The notes under the pieces were generated by a model. That model made no database searches. It saw only the letters and a program-made list of their open reading frames with translations, and was not told the DNA's origin. DNA of 24,046 nucleotides, from the IMG/VR virus record IMGVR_UViG_3300012971_000079, positions 1-24,046 of that record; one strand, 5' to 3'. The stretch is from a virus (taxonomy: Duplodnaviria; Caudoviricetes). Positions 1-9,728 of the stretch are shown here, piece after piece (the first letter of the stretch is position 1; each line of letters begins with the position of its first letter). The translations under genes were made by a program, and so were the position numbers.

Positions 1-1
1 C

Positions 2-1855
2 GAAACCACACGCAATGAATATACTGGCGACGGTAGCCTTAAAATTTTCCCCTATAGCTTCCGAATCCTCGACAAAACTCAAATCGCCGTTTTAGTCGAT
101 CAAGGCCAAATGGTCTTGGACACCGATTACACCGTAAGCGCTGTTAATAATGACGCCGGCGGGAACATCACTTTCACCGTAGCCCCAGCCTTAAACAGCA
201 AAATAACTTTTCTAAGAACCGTACCCGCCACGCAGGAAGTGGACCTAAACGAGGGCCAACCCTTTGACGCTGAGATAAATGAGACCGAATACGACCGGCT
301 AACAATGATGATTCAGCAGGCGCGGGAAGTATTCGTTCGCTGTCTCAAGTTTGCCCCGTGGTCGCGCCAAAAAAACGTTATTGTACCCGAGCCCGAAGAA
401 GGAAAGGTTTTAGGCTGGACATCGGGAATCCTTGCCAACCAGAGCGGCGGCGTCGACGGGGAGGCGTTTATATGGCTTGGAACATGGAGCTCCGCCACAG
501 CTTACATACCGAACGACGTTGTTTTCTATAACGGCAGCTCCTATATCGCGATCCTTGCAAGCACCAACCAAGTACCGACAAACACGACATACTGGCAGTT
601 AATGGCGCAGAAGGGCGCCGATGGCACACCAGGCGGGAGCACGGTATTAAGTAATACCGTCACATCGGTAGGAGCTACCCAAGCGGCCGGCGTTGCTACA
701 ACCGCATCGCGCGGCGATCACCAGCACGACCACCCCAACACGGGAACTTTTTTACCGGACGCGCACCACCCGAAAAGCCATACCCACGCGGGCGACGGAT
801 CCGGAACCGTGGCCGAGAGCGCTTTAAGTTTAACCGACATAACGACCAATAACGTCAGCACCGCCAGACACGGATTCACCCCTAAACTTCCAAACGACGC
901 AACCAAATACCTCGACGGCACTGGGAACTATACGGTCCCGGCCGGAGGAGGAGGCGGCACTGGCGACGTTGTCGGACCGGCAAGCGCGGTTGACAATGAC
1001 CTCGCGTTTTTCAACGGAACTACCGGGAAACTCATTAAGTCGGGCGGACAAAACCTGCCCGAAACTAGGCTCATTCTTTCCGACGTAACAACGAACAACG
1101 CGACAAATGCTCAACATGGATTTTTAAAGAAGCTCCCGAATGATGCCAGCGTTTATCTCGACGGAACGGGCAATTTTTCAACACCAACCATAGGCGGCGG
1201 ACGCCCGCTGAACCCGGCAATCGCGTCTTACTACAAGGACGATTTTGAAACCGGCACGACAGCAACCGGCAGCATCGGTGAATTTAGGTGGTTTTTAGGC
1301 GGCAGTGGCTCCCTTAACATACTCGATGGCGAGCTAAACCATCCGGGCATAATAAATTTGGTTGCTAGTGGTAGCAGTATGCGCAGTCTTCACTTGGCGA
1401 TCAACACGACGCGCGGCCAATATATTTTCAATCAGTTATTTGACCATTATTTCATTGCTCGCATAAGAACATCGACAACCGCCATTATTACCCGATACGG
1501 GATTTTTTGGATCGGCGAAAATGTTATAGCCAATCCGCCAACAACGGGAGTTTACTTCGAGAGACTAGATACGGACACCAACTGGTTCGGTGTGTGCCGA
1601 AACGTAAATGTGCAGACCCGGATTGATATGGGCGTTGCGGGCGATCTTCTTTTCCACCGCTTCAGGATCAGGCGCGTAGATGCAAGTACCATCGGTTTTA
1701 CAATCGACAATGGGACAGAGCTCACAATTAACACCAATGTCCCAAACACCACACAGGCGACTTTTCCGGTCTTTGAGTGTGGAGCAACAACGGCAACCGG
1801 CAAAGATATAGATATTGATTTCTTTGACCAGCTTCTAACCGGAATGACTCGTTAA
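2..1855 (+). CDS. Tail fibre / receptor-binding protein, 5' end outside the window (frame open from position 2)
   Basis: The frame upstream of ATG110 reads ETTRNEYTGDGSLKIFPYSFRILDKTQIAV...LDTDYTV...ETEYDRLTMMIQQ, like a T7 gp17 N-terminal anchor. It is followed by a WLGTWSSATAY..NDVVFYNGSSY CBM5/12-like module, HxH motifs, a duplicated 42-aa unit and a C-terminal beta-rich domain. Confidence 0.85.
   Translation, partial: ETTRNEYTGDGSLKIFPYSFRILDKTQIAVLVDQGQMVLDTDYTVSAVNNDAGGNITFTVAPALNSKITFLRTVPATQEVDLNEGQPFDAEINETEYDRLTMMIQQAREVFVRCLKFAPWSRQKNVIVPEPEEGKVLGWTSGILANQSGGVDGEAFIWLGTWSSATAYIPNDVVFYNGSSYIAILASTNQVPTNTTYWQLMAQKGADGTPGGSTVLSNTVTSVGATQAAGVATTASRGDHQHDHPNTGTFLPDAHHPKSHTHAGDGSGTVAESALSLTDITTNNVSTARHGFTPKLPNDATKYLDGTGNYTVPAGGGGGTGDVVGPASAVDNDLAFFNGTTGKLIKSGGQNLPETRLILSDVTTNNATNAQHGFLKKLPNDASVYLDGTGNFSTPTIGGGRPLNPAIASYYKDDFETGTTATGSIGEFRWFLGGSGSLNILDGELNHPGIINLVASGSSMRSLHLAINTTRGQYIFNQLFDHYFIARIRTSTTAIITRYGIFWIGENVIANPPTTGVYFERLDTDTNWFGVCRNVNVQTRIDMGVAGDLLFHRFRIRRVDASTIGFTIDNGTELTINTNVPNTTQATFPVFECGATTATGKDIDIDFFDQLLTGMTR
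815..1186 (+). repeat. Internal 42-codon duplication in the tail fibre (815-940 and 1061-1186)
   Basis: ESALSLTDITTNNVSTARHGFTPKLPNDATKYLDGTGNYTVP vs ETRLILSDVTTNNATNAQHGFLKKLPNDASVYLDGTGNFSTP, 26/42 aa identical; each copy is followed by a Gly run. Confidence 0.9.
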
Positions 1856-3420
1856 TGCCCGAGCTACCCCAAATCTTCGCCCGCACCCGGCCCGCGGAAC
1901 TATCCTTGCCGCGGGCGCCGGATGCTCCGGGTGCCTTTTGGGAAAAAATCGCCCAGGTCTCACACCATATTCAGGAAGGAATGGAAACCGCGGAGACTGC
2001 CCGGCTTAGAGGCGAGGGCGCGGCATCAATCGTCGGCGCCTATACCAACGCCCGGATAGATAACGCCGACCCCGAAGAGTATAAGCAGCAGGCAACCGAG
2101 GCAGTAAGGGAAGCGCATCAATCTATCTTGGACCAAGCAAGCACGGGCAATGTGAGGCTTAGAGTACAGTCGGCGCTTGCGGACGATATCATCCGCGCAC
2201 AAACCCATATCGCAGTACAGTATCACCAAAAACAGATCGACAAGGCCGAAGCGGACTTTGATAAGGCTTACGCGGACGCGCTTATCAAAATCGGACAACC
2301 AGAGACAACGCCACAGCAACGGGAAAACGAAGAGCGTGAAGTAGGAAAGCTCGGAACCAGCATGGTTGCCAAGGGCCTAATGAAATATAAACGATTCGAA
2401 GACAAGATGATCGCATGGAAGAAACAGGCAACTATCAACGAAATTAGGGGAATGATTCGGCGTGACCCCGTCGAGGCTTATGACCTAATGAGAACGCCGA
2501 AATATCAACAGTATTTAGATGAGTCTACGCTTTTAAGTTTGGAAACCAGAGCCCGAACCGAGGCCGAACATAATGACGCAAAACTAGACAAACTTGAAAA
2601 GGAGCAGATGAACCGCACACGGGACGCCCTCGTTTTAGGGGTTCAGACCGGACAAACCACCGACGAACTTTTAAACCGGGCGCTTTCAACTCATGCCATC
2701 GACTTTACCCGCTGGAAAGAAGTCAGAACCGAGATGGAGGCTTTCGAGAAATCGGATGGCACCAGAGTGTCTAATCGTGCCGTGTTTAGCGACCTTGAGG
2801 CGCGAGCCAGATTTGGCGGACTCCAGCCCGGAGTAAAACTCCCAAGCCCCGACGAGGTGAACCAGGCGGCAAAGGCCGGACTTCTATCCAGGGCCGACAA
2901 GTCGCATATCGACACCTTAATAGCTGAAGGTATGCGACGAAACGAACAGGATAAGGAACAGAAAGACATCTCCAAAGACCCGCTTTATAAACGCGGACTC
3001 GCTTCCGTAAGGGAGCGACTACCATCAAGCGACCGGCTCGATCTCGACGCGGAAACCCGAATGATAGTCGGAAACGCTCTTAGAGACTTTGACCTCGCGA
3101 TGAGATCCGGCAAGTACAAGATGAGCGACGCCGACAGAGTGGCCGATTCAATCGTTCAAACCGCGCTTGCGCAGATGGGAAAGGCCGACGCGGGCCTAAG
3201 AATAAGACTCTTGCCCGGCATTACGTCGCCCGAAGACGTAGGCCAGGCAGTTAGAGATAAGCGCATGACGCCCGATCAGGCCCGCCAGCAGCTTCAGATC
3301 CTCGACCAGCTCGAACGAAGCAAAAAGACCAGGCCAACCCCCGGAGGCGGCGGCGCACAAAAACCGCAGACCGAAGCCGAACGAAATAAAGCCGCAATGG
3401 GGTTAGGCATAGGGCCTTGA
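1855..3420 (+). CDS. Probable internal virion (ejection) protein
   Basis: 521-aa helical, charged protein with an MPELP start, TAATG-coupled to the tail fibre gene and immediately upstream of the giant internal virion protein, as in podovirus core-protein clusters. Confidence 0.6.
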   Translation: MPELPQIFARTRPAELSLPRAPDAPGAFWEKIAQVSHHIQEGMETAETARLRGEGAASIVGAYTNARIDNADPEEYKQQATEAVREAHQSILDQASTGNVRLRVQSALADDIIRAQTHIAVQYHQKQIDKAEADFDKAYADALIKIGQPETTPQQRENEEREVGKLGTSMVAKGLMKYKRFEDKMIAWKKQATINEIRGMIRRDPVEAYDLMRTPKYQQYLDESTLLSLETRARTEAEHNDAKLDKLEKEQMNRTRDALVLGVQTGQTTDELLNRALSTHAIDFTRWKEVRTEMEAFEKSDGTRVSNRAVFSDLEARARFGGLQPGVKLPSPDEVNQAAKAGLLSRADKSHIDTLIAEGMRRNEQDKEQKDISKDPLYKRGLASVRERLPSSDRLDLDAETRMIVGNALRDFDLAMRSGKYKMSDADRVADSIVQTALAQMGKADAGLRIRLLPGITSPEDVGQAVRDKRMTPDQARQQLQILDQLERSKKTRPTPGGGGAQKPQTEAERNKAAMGLGIGP

Positions 3421-3421
3421 G

Positions 3422-6400
3422 ATGCCGGATTTTGCTTTCGAGTATTACGATAAACTCAACCGGCAGAACGAGGCCGAGAACCAAAAAGGTCTTGCCGATA
3501 TGTACCGGCGGGCCGGACTCGACGGCGCCGGAAACCCCGTTGATACCCCGCCAGTAACAACCACCAAACCCATACCAGTAAAGGCCGCACCAGCACAGCA
3601 AGGCGGATTTATGTCCGGGCTTGTAACCGGAGCCACGCAGGAAGGCCCGGCCGGCATGAACTCGCTTTTATCCAACGCCTTTCAAATACTTGACTCAGCA
3701 GCAACCAAAGTAAGCGAATGGACCGGGCTTAAAAAGGGCGGCGCTTTCGGAATGATCAGCAAGGCCTTAGATGATGCAGCCCGAGCGCAACAACCGAGCG
3801 AAAGAGACCTTCAGAGCCAGGAGAACTTTTCGGCTTACATTGGCCGAGCCGTCGGCGCCCTACCTTTTAGAGCAGCAGAGTATGTAGCCGGGACCGCAGC
3901 CACCGGAAACCCGATTGCCGGATGGGCTTTAGTGGATGCGGTTCGCCAGGCCGACAAGGGAGTATGGGAAGCAGCCAAGGGCGGGCTAGTCGGCGCGGCA
4001 ATGGGCCGCACCATGAAGGCCGCAGAACTCTTGCCGCTTTGGCAGAGGACCGCCACCGGCGCGGCATTATTCGGAGGAGTGGCAGCGGCAGAAGGGCAGG
4101 GCCTACCCGGAGTTTTATCAGGTGCGGCAGTCGGCGGTGCGATGGGAGCTATGGGAGGAGCAAGACCGCCGGCTAAAAGCAAAGTGACCGCAGCGGAGTT
4201 AAAAGCCGCAGAGGAGAGAGGAGTGCCAGAGCCAGCAAAACCAGCAGAACCCACAGCGCCACCAGAGCCCATAGCGCCAGGAGAGCCAGCGCCACCGCCA
4301 AGCCGGGAAACTCTAAGAGAAGTAGTCCGCGCACCGACGCCACCAGGTCAGGATATTCTGTTACCCGGGGGCGGCGTAATGCAAGGCCCGCGCTTGCCCT
4401 TGCCGGAACCCTCGCAGATTCAAGAGCGGATCCGCACCACCAACGAGCGAGCCCGAGAATTAATGACCGAAGCCGAACGGCCAACGCCCGAAAGCCAAGT
4501 TGACATTTTCCGCCAACCGCAAGACATACCGCTACCCGGTAAGGCCGGCGTAATGATATCGCCCAGGGCGGCGCTTTCAGACCTACGGGAAAAGATCGCC
4601 AGGGATAACGAGCTACAGCAGGCCCTAACAGACCTCGGCTTAAAGCCCGGAGATCGAAACGGCGAAGCCAAACTAATAGCCCATGCCGAGGCGGCAGGAA
4701 TTCAGCCCGAACAAGTCGGAAACGGCGCCAAGATAGTTAACGCAATCCCCGAGGCCAAGGCCGCGGTCAAAGAAGCGGCCCCTAAACTCTTTAAGGTAGA
4801 CCCCGGCATGATGGCCGAGATCAAAGGTCAAGTGGAACAGAGCACGGATCCGCATGCGCTTTTATCCATCACGGTTGATGCGGCTAACCCGAGGGACATA
4901 AGGCAATCCGCGGCAAACCGGCTAAACGCACTCAAGGCGAAAGACGTAGGCGCGGCGATCCGGGCCGGCGATGAGGCTTTTATAAAGAAAGTGGCGCAGT
5001 CGGGAATGTTGCCCACGACTTTTACCAGTCTTGCCAAGGGGATCCTAAAAGAGAAAAGGCCAGAACCGACCGAGCCGCCCAAACCTTCACCGCTTCTCGA
5101 AACCCTAAAAGGCCAGGCCGGTTTTACCGCAACCGACTTAAACTTTATGTTAGCGCGAGCCGTCGGCGGCGCCCTTTACGGCTATTCCCAGGGCGACACA
5201 ACCGAGGACCGAATCAAAAACGCCTTAATCTTTGCCGGGCTCGGAGCGATAGCTTCCCCCTCAATGATTAAGCGCATCATCACCAGCGCCAAAAAGGTAG
5301 ACCCGGAAATCATAAGGGAGCATTCCCGGCGCGATGAGGGCTTGAGCCCGACCGTCGATCACGCGGTTACCATGAAGCCCGAAGACGTGCGCGCGCTTGC
5401 CGACTATCTCCAGAAGCCGGAGGAACTCCCGACCACCGGCCGGTTCGAGGGCTTAAACTTCGACCACATAAACCAGCCCGAGGATGTGAAATTCGTTGTC
5501 TCGAAGATTCTTAACATGTTCCAGAAGGACATTGAGAAGGCGCGGGGATATCCAAGAGGGGAGGCCGAACCCGTAAGCCATGAGCAGACAATGTATGAGG
5601 CGCGAAAGCTCGCGAATGATCTAGGGATTACCGAAAGGGAGTTGCTTTTTTGGCCGGAAGGGAAGCCCATGACCCGGCAGGAAATGCAAGTTGCCAGGAT
5701 GTATGCCGCGGCATCGGACGCCGAGCTTATGTCGAGCTTGCAACAATATAAGGATAACCCCACGCCCGAGACCTCGAACAAGTTTTTGGACCGAGTAGCA
5801 AAGACCGCGCTGTTAAACCGCACGTTTGTGGCCGACGCTTCCGAGACCGCCCGGAAACTCGAAAGCCTAAAGATTGACGTGGCCGGCGACGAGATATTTT
5901 TCGTCAAGCATATAGGCGACGTATTGAGCGGTGTCCAAAAGACCGGCTGGAGTGTTGACCGGCTTGCCAACAGTCTTTTGGATTTAAAGGAACAGGCCAA
6001 ACGAAACCAGTTTGTAAATAACGCCAGCAAGCCGGGCAAGGCCGATGCCCTTTTAGAGCTTTGGTACGGCGCGTCGCTTCTGTCCAATCCGAAGACCCTA
6101 CTTGTCAACATGATAGGAACGCCGATGGCCTTGGGCTGGAGCATAGGCAAAAGGTTTATTGCGGCCGGCATGACCGAGGCAATGGGAAAGCGTGGCGATC
6201 CTAACTTTGTGCAGTTTAGTGAACCGATGGCTCAAATGTGGGGAATCCGCCAAGGTTATCAAGACGCATGGAAAGCAGCTTCGGACGCCTTTGAGCGTGG
6301 CATAAGAACAGTCGGAGGCTCGAGTAAGTTTGAAATACCAAGGGAAGGGCGGCTAAGAGCGGAAGCGTTTGGTTTAGATCCGGGCTCGATCCTAGGTCAG

Positions 6401-7885
6401 GGCTTGGACTACCTAGGCCACGCGGCGCGCTTTTTCCCGCGCGTCATGTTAGCGACCGATCAATATTGGGAAACGATAGCCCGGTCAATGGAAATATCCG
6501 CCAGGGCGGCGCGAGAGGCATCCAGCATGACTACAGACCCGCGCGAGATGGCCCGGCTCATGCGGCAGTTTACTATAGAGGATAATGTCCCGCCGGGATG
6601 GAAGGAAGCCGCCGACCGATTCGCGGTCTACAATTCCTTTAACTCGGAACTCGGCGGACTCATGTCGAAGATGAACCAGGGAATCGGCGGGCTCAAAGAC
6701 TCCGGGCCAATGGGACCGGCTTACTATTTATTGCTCAAATCAGTGGCGCCTTTTATCACTATCCCTACGAATATCGCCAAATGGACCATACACGAGGGAC
6801 CGCTGGCGATGCTTTCAAATCACTTCTATCAAGAAGTCGCCAAGGGCGGCGCGGATGCCCAACTCGCTTTTGCCGGCGTTGCGCTAGGCTCGATGCTGAT
6901 GGCAACAGGGGCATACCTCGCGAAGGAAATGACCTTGACCGGACGCGGGCCGGCAGACGCCGAACAGCGAAAAATGCTAGAAGCGGAATACGGTTGGCGT
7001 CCTGACTCTTTAAAGATAGCGGATAAGTACGTCGCCATTGACCGGCTCGACCCCATAGCGATGCCCTTAACGTGGGCTGCAGACATGGTTGAGGTCGCGG
7101 GCCACGTAGACGACGCGGATTACTTTCAGCTCGGAGGTGCGGCAGTCTTAGCACTTACTCGGTCGCTTGCCAATAAGACTTATCTCCAAGGTGTGACGAA
7201 CTTCTTTGACGCCATTTTCTCAAACGAGCCCAAGAAGATGTATAAGTTTATGGCCGGGGAAGTGACCTCGTTTGTTCCGGGCTTTGTGCGCGGAATCCGC
7301 CAGCAGACCGACCCCTACACCCGCCAAGTGAATACCATGATGGACGCCCTTTATAATCAGGTGCCCGGATATTCCAAACTTCTCCCACCCGTGACCGACG
7401 CTTTCGGGAAACCGATCCTATCTGGGTACGGCGCCGGCGACGACTTTGTGAAAATCTTTGGGATCATAAACCCGATTGCATACCGCACCAAAACCGATAA
7501 CGCGGTTGTAGATGAGATCCTAAAAAACCGTGTCCAAATATCGACACCTTCAGACACCATCTTTGGAACTTCAGATAGCCCGTGGGACTTTAAACCACCT
7601 GACGCCCGAAACGGCGTCAAACTCCAGCCGTGGGAGTATCACGCCTATAAAAAGCTATCGGGCGAGTTTGCCATGGAAAAGTTAGGCGAGCTAATTCAAT
7701 CCGACCGCTACCAAAGAGCCAGCGCTGGCCCGGACGGCGGCAAGGCTATGATGATTAGAAACGTGATCGCGGTATCCCGCGAGTATGGACGCAAGGAACT
7801 TTTAAAGCAGCTACCGGCAATCGACCAGGCCGTAAGAGATAAGCTAGAGGCCCGGCGCGAGGCGCTTCGAGCTTCCGGGCAATAA
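3422..7885 (+). CDS. Large internal virion / DNA-ejection protein (C-terminal region LPD38-like)
   Basis: 1487 aa with Gly/Ala-zipper hydrophobic segments, a Pro-rich linker, and the motifs LTGRGP, YGWRPDSLKIADKYVAIDRLDP and NKTYLQGV typical of large podophage ejection proteins. Confidence 0.7.
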   Translation: MPDFAFEYYDKLNRQNEAENQKGLADMYRRAGLDGAGNPVDTPPVTTTKPIPVKAAPAQQGGFMSGLVTGATQEGPAGMNSLLSNAFQILDSAATKVSEWTGLKKGGAFGMISKALDDAARAQQPSERDLQSQENFSAYIGRAVGALPFRAAEYVAGTAATGNPIAGWALVDAVRQADKGVWEAAKGGLVGAAMGRTMKAAELLPLWQRTATGAALFGGVAAAEGQGLPGVLSGAAVGGAMGAMGGARPPAKSKVTAAELKAAEERGVPEPAKPAEPTAPPEPIAPGEPAPPPSRETLREVVRAPTPPGQDILLPGGGVMQGPRLPLPEPSQIQERIRTTNERARELMTEAERPTPESQVDIFRQPQDIPLPGKAGVMISPRAALSDLREKIARDNELQQALTDLGLKPGDRNGEAKLIAHAEAAGIQPEQVGNGAKIVNAIPEAKAAVKEAAPKLFKVDPGMMAEIKGQVEQSTDPHALLSITVDAANPRDIRQSAANRLNALKAKDVGAAIRAGDEAFIKKVAQSGMLPTTFTSLAKGILKEKRPEPTEPPKPSPLLETLKGQAGFTATDLNFMLARAVGGALYGYSQGDTTEDRIKNALIFAGLGAIASPSMIKRIITSAKKVDPEIIREHSRRDEGLSPTVDHAVTMKPEDVRALADYLQKPEELPTTGRFEGLNFDHINQPEDVKFVVSKILNMFQKDIEKARGYPRGEAEPVSHEQTMYEARKLANDLGITERELLFWPEGKPMTRQEMQVARMYAAASDAELMSSLQQYKDNPTPETSNKFLDRVAKTALLNRTFVADASETARKLESLKIDVAGDEIFFVKHIGDVLSGVQKTGWSVDRLANSLLDLKEQAKRNQFVNNASKPGKADALLELWYGASLLSNPKTLLVNMIGTPMALGWSIGKRFIAAGMTEAMGKRGDPNFVQFSEPMAQMWGIRQGYQDAWKAASDAFERGIRTVGGSSKFEIPREGRLRAEAFGLDPGSILGQGLDYLGHAARFFPRVMLATDQYWETIARSMEISARAAREASSMTTDPREMARLMRQFTIEDNVPPGWKEAADRFAVYNSFNSELGGLMSKMNQGIGGLKDSGPMGPAYYLLLKSVAPFITIPTNIAKWTIHEGPLAMLSNHFYQEVAKGGADAQLAFAGVALGSMLMATGAYLAKEMTLTGRGPADAEQRKMLEAEYGWRPDSLKIADKYVAIDRLDPIAMPLTWAADMVEVAGHVDDADYFQLGGAAVLALTRSLANKTYLQGVTNFFDAIFSNEPKKMYKFMAGEVTSFVPGFVRGIRQQTDPYTRQVNTMMDALYNQVPGYSKLLPPVTDAFGKPILSGYGAGDDFVKIFGIINPIAYRTKTDNAVVDEILKNRVQISTPSDTIFGTSDSPWDFKPPDARNGVKLQPWEYHAYKKLSGEFAMEKLGELIQSDRYQRASAGPDGGKAMMIRNVIAVSREYGRKELLKQLPAIDQAVRDKLEARREALRASGQ

Positions 7886-7898
7886 ATCCAAAACCAGT

Positions 7899-7946
7899 TA
7901 AAAATTTTTTCACTTGACAAGCTATGCTTTCAGGATTAGTATAGCT
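7899..7946 (+). promoter_or_regulatory. Sigma70-type early promoter with an overlapping inverted-repeat operator
   Basis: TTGACA 7914-7919, 17-nt spacer, TAGTAT 7937-7942, and an AT-rich UP-like tract upstream. Inverted repeat AGCTATGCT (7920-7928) / AGTATAGCT (7938-7946). Confidence 0.75.
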
Positions 7947-7950
7947 GTAT

Positions 7951-7968
7951 CATTCATTCATTCATTCA
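7951..7968 (+). repeat. (CATT)4 CA microsatellite in the early 5' UTR
   Basis: cattcattcattcattca read directly from the sequence. Confidence 0.9.
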
Positions 7969-7986
7969 ATGAAAGGATTCATATCA

Positions 7987-8172
7987 ATGACAACATCTCA
8001 AGTCAAGCAACTTCTGAAAGACAACAATCTGAGATACCGCGACGTTGGGCGGAAATGGAAAGTGACGCCGCAAATGGTGAGCGATTTTATAAACAAGAAA
8101 ACTAAAAGCGCGCGACTGGAAAGGAGGCTCGCGCAATTAATCGAAGAACTAACAGGAAAGGAGGTGATCTGA
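7987..8172 (+). CDS. Ner/Cro-like HTH transcriptional regulator
   Basis: LRYRDVGRKWKVTPQMVSDFINKKTKSARLERRLAQLI is an HTH pattern. SD AAAGGA favours ATG7987 over ATG7969. First gene after the promoter. Confidence 0.7.
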   Translation: MTTSQVKQLLKDNNLRYRDVGRKWKVTPQMVSDFINKKTKSARLERRLAQLIEELTGKEVI

Positions 8173-8173
8173 A

Positions 8174-8383
8174 TTGGACTATTTCAAACTCGGTTCTGAC
8201 CTCGTGAGAACTCAGGCCGAGGAATTAAGCGCCCGCTGTATATGCGGACATCAACGCTATCAGCACGTTTTAAGTGAAGCGAAAGAATCGACTCCCGAGA
8301 ATCCGCTTTATTGGTGCACGGCTAAAGTTTCCCGCGAAATGTATTGTCTGTGTGAAAATTTTTGTGACGAGGAAAACAAATAA
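8174..8383 (+). CDS. Small Cys/His-rich (Zn-binding) phage protein
   Basis: TTG start with a perfect AAGGAGGTGA SD; CICGHxxxxH...C...CLCENF. Confidence 0.65.
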   Translation: MDYFKLGSDLVRTQAEELSARCICGHQRYQHVLSEAKESTPENPLYWCTAKVSREMYCLCENFCDEENK

Positions 8384-8402
8384 GAAGGAGAATAAATTTT
8401 TT

Positions 8403-9431
8403 ATGCCCCAAAAAATTTCAAACATTATTGGATATACCGCCTTACTTCTCTTGATCGCGGCTTCCGTCTATAGCGCGGAACCGCGACAGCCAAAAACGCT
8501 TTCGTACACATTGGTCCCGATCACGGACCAAACGACTACGCCGATAGCGATCAATGATAACGATGTTGTGTTAGTTGAGCGCCAGCTTGTCGCGCAAGCG
8601 CAAGCGGCACCTTTGCTGATAAACAAGCGCGGCAAAGAATCGCCGCCGTGGCAATGTCCCGGAACCGTCAATGACACGGTAGGCGAGAACCTAAATAACT
8701 TGAATCAAATCGTCGGGCACTGTGGACATCAACCAGGCTTCACCACGATGGCTTTTGTCGCCAATCCCTTGACAGGTGCTTACAGGCTTCTTGCGTTTCC
8801 AGGGGCTGCGGCGACGTGGGGCTTCGGGGTAAACGACGCGGGTTCTGTGATTGGATTCTATTCCAATCCTACGCACGCACTCGACAGCCACGGCTTTGTC
8901 TGGGACTCAGTAAACGGTTATCGCACTCTTGATTTGCCCTTCCTAAACGGCGGGCCGACCCGGCTACTTGGCATCAACAACGCCGGCGCAGTGGTGGGCT
9001 TCACCTATACCGACCTCCTTGTAGATTTTGAAGTCCATAGCTGGATCTACGAGGGCGGCACCTTCACCACGATTCAGCATCCGGACGCTTTCGATGAACT
9101 GAGCACCTTTATTCAGGGCTTCAACAACAACGGGCAGATATTTGGAAGCTATGAGGGGCCAGGCTGTTTCCAGTCGGGTAGTTGCTTGTTCTCGTGGGAC
9201 GACGGCAAATTTTCGCCCGTGACGCTGCCGGTGCCTGACAACGCGCTGCGGCCCGATGGTGTCGCGACCAAGGCGACCATATTTGGGCTGCAGGGTTACA
9301 ACGATAATCAAGAATTCATCGGCACATATTTTCAGACCCTTACCTGGAAGCTAAACGAATACGGCGACTATGTAAGCGCGACTTTTAATCTGGTCGACTT
9401 CATCGCCAAGCCAGTGAAAGGAGGAAGATGA
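8403..9431 (+). CDS. Secreted beta-propeller protein with HAF-like extracellular repeats
   Basis: ATG8403 with SD AAGGAG gives the signal peptide MPQKISNIIGYTALLLLIAASVYSA. Six repeats follow: AINDNDVV, NLNNLNQIVG, GVNDAGSVIG, GINNAGAVVG, GFNNNGQIFG, GYNDNQEFIG. Confidence 0.75.
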   Translation: MPQKISNIIGYTALLLLIAASVYSAEPRQPKTLSYTLVPITDQTTTPIAINDNDVVLVERQLVAQAQAAPLLINKRGKESPPWQCPGTVNDTVGENLNNLNQIVGHCGHQPGFTTMAFVANPLTGAYRLLAFPGAAATWGFGVNDAGSVIGFYSNPTHALDSHGFVWDSVNGYRTLDLPFLNGGPTRLLGINNAGAVVGFTYTDLLVDFEVHSWIYEGGTFTTIQHPDAFDELSTFIQGFNNNGQIFGSYEGPGCFQSGSCLFSWDDGKFSPVTLPVPDNALRPDGVATKATIFGLQGYNDNQEFIGTYFQTLTWKLNEYGDYVSATFNLVDFIAKPVKGGR

Positions 9432-9434
9432 TTT

Positions 9435-9728
9435 ATGAATATCATGCGCACGACTGAATATGTTTCGATCATTCGCGCAATGATGGGTCACGCCAAAGAC
9501 CCAAGCTACAGCGTGAGGCTCGGGGCCGCAACGTTGCTCGATTATTACCTCCAAAATTACACCGTCTGCGATCATTGGGCTTACCCAAAACGCCTTTGGA
9601 AGTTTTCTAAATGCGTCAACCACAAACCCGCCCAAGATATTTGGGCGAGCTTTAACGATAATTTTTGGAAGCAGTTTAGAACCGGAAAGGAGATCGACGA
9701 AGACGAAAAGGAGGAACAATGGCAATAG
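9435..9728 (+). CDS. Hypothetical protein
   Basis: Strong SD AAAGGAGG; tiles between neighbouring genes. Confidence 0.6.
   Translation: MNIMRTTEYVSIIRAMMGHAKDPSYSVRLGAATLLDYYLQNYTVCDHWAYPKRLWKFSKCVNHKPAQDIWASFNDNFWKQFRTGKEIDEDEKEEQWQ

Noticed and set aside
1200-1855. Diversity-generating retroelement targeting the tail fibre, as in BPP-1
   Set aside because: I see no reverse transcriptase and no TR/VR pair with adenine-specific mismatches. The 57-bp repeat is exact and the fibre duplication differs at all base types. A DGR outside the window cannot be excluded.
5404-6171. 255-aa minus-strand ORF and the other minus-strand ORFs in the track
   Set aside because: They lie antisense to well-supported + strand genes and show no recognisable motifs; treated as shadow ORFs.
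8274-8402. N-terminal extension of the 385-aa ORF
   Set aside because: It overlaps the 8174 gene; ATG8403 has an SD and exposes a signal peptide.
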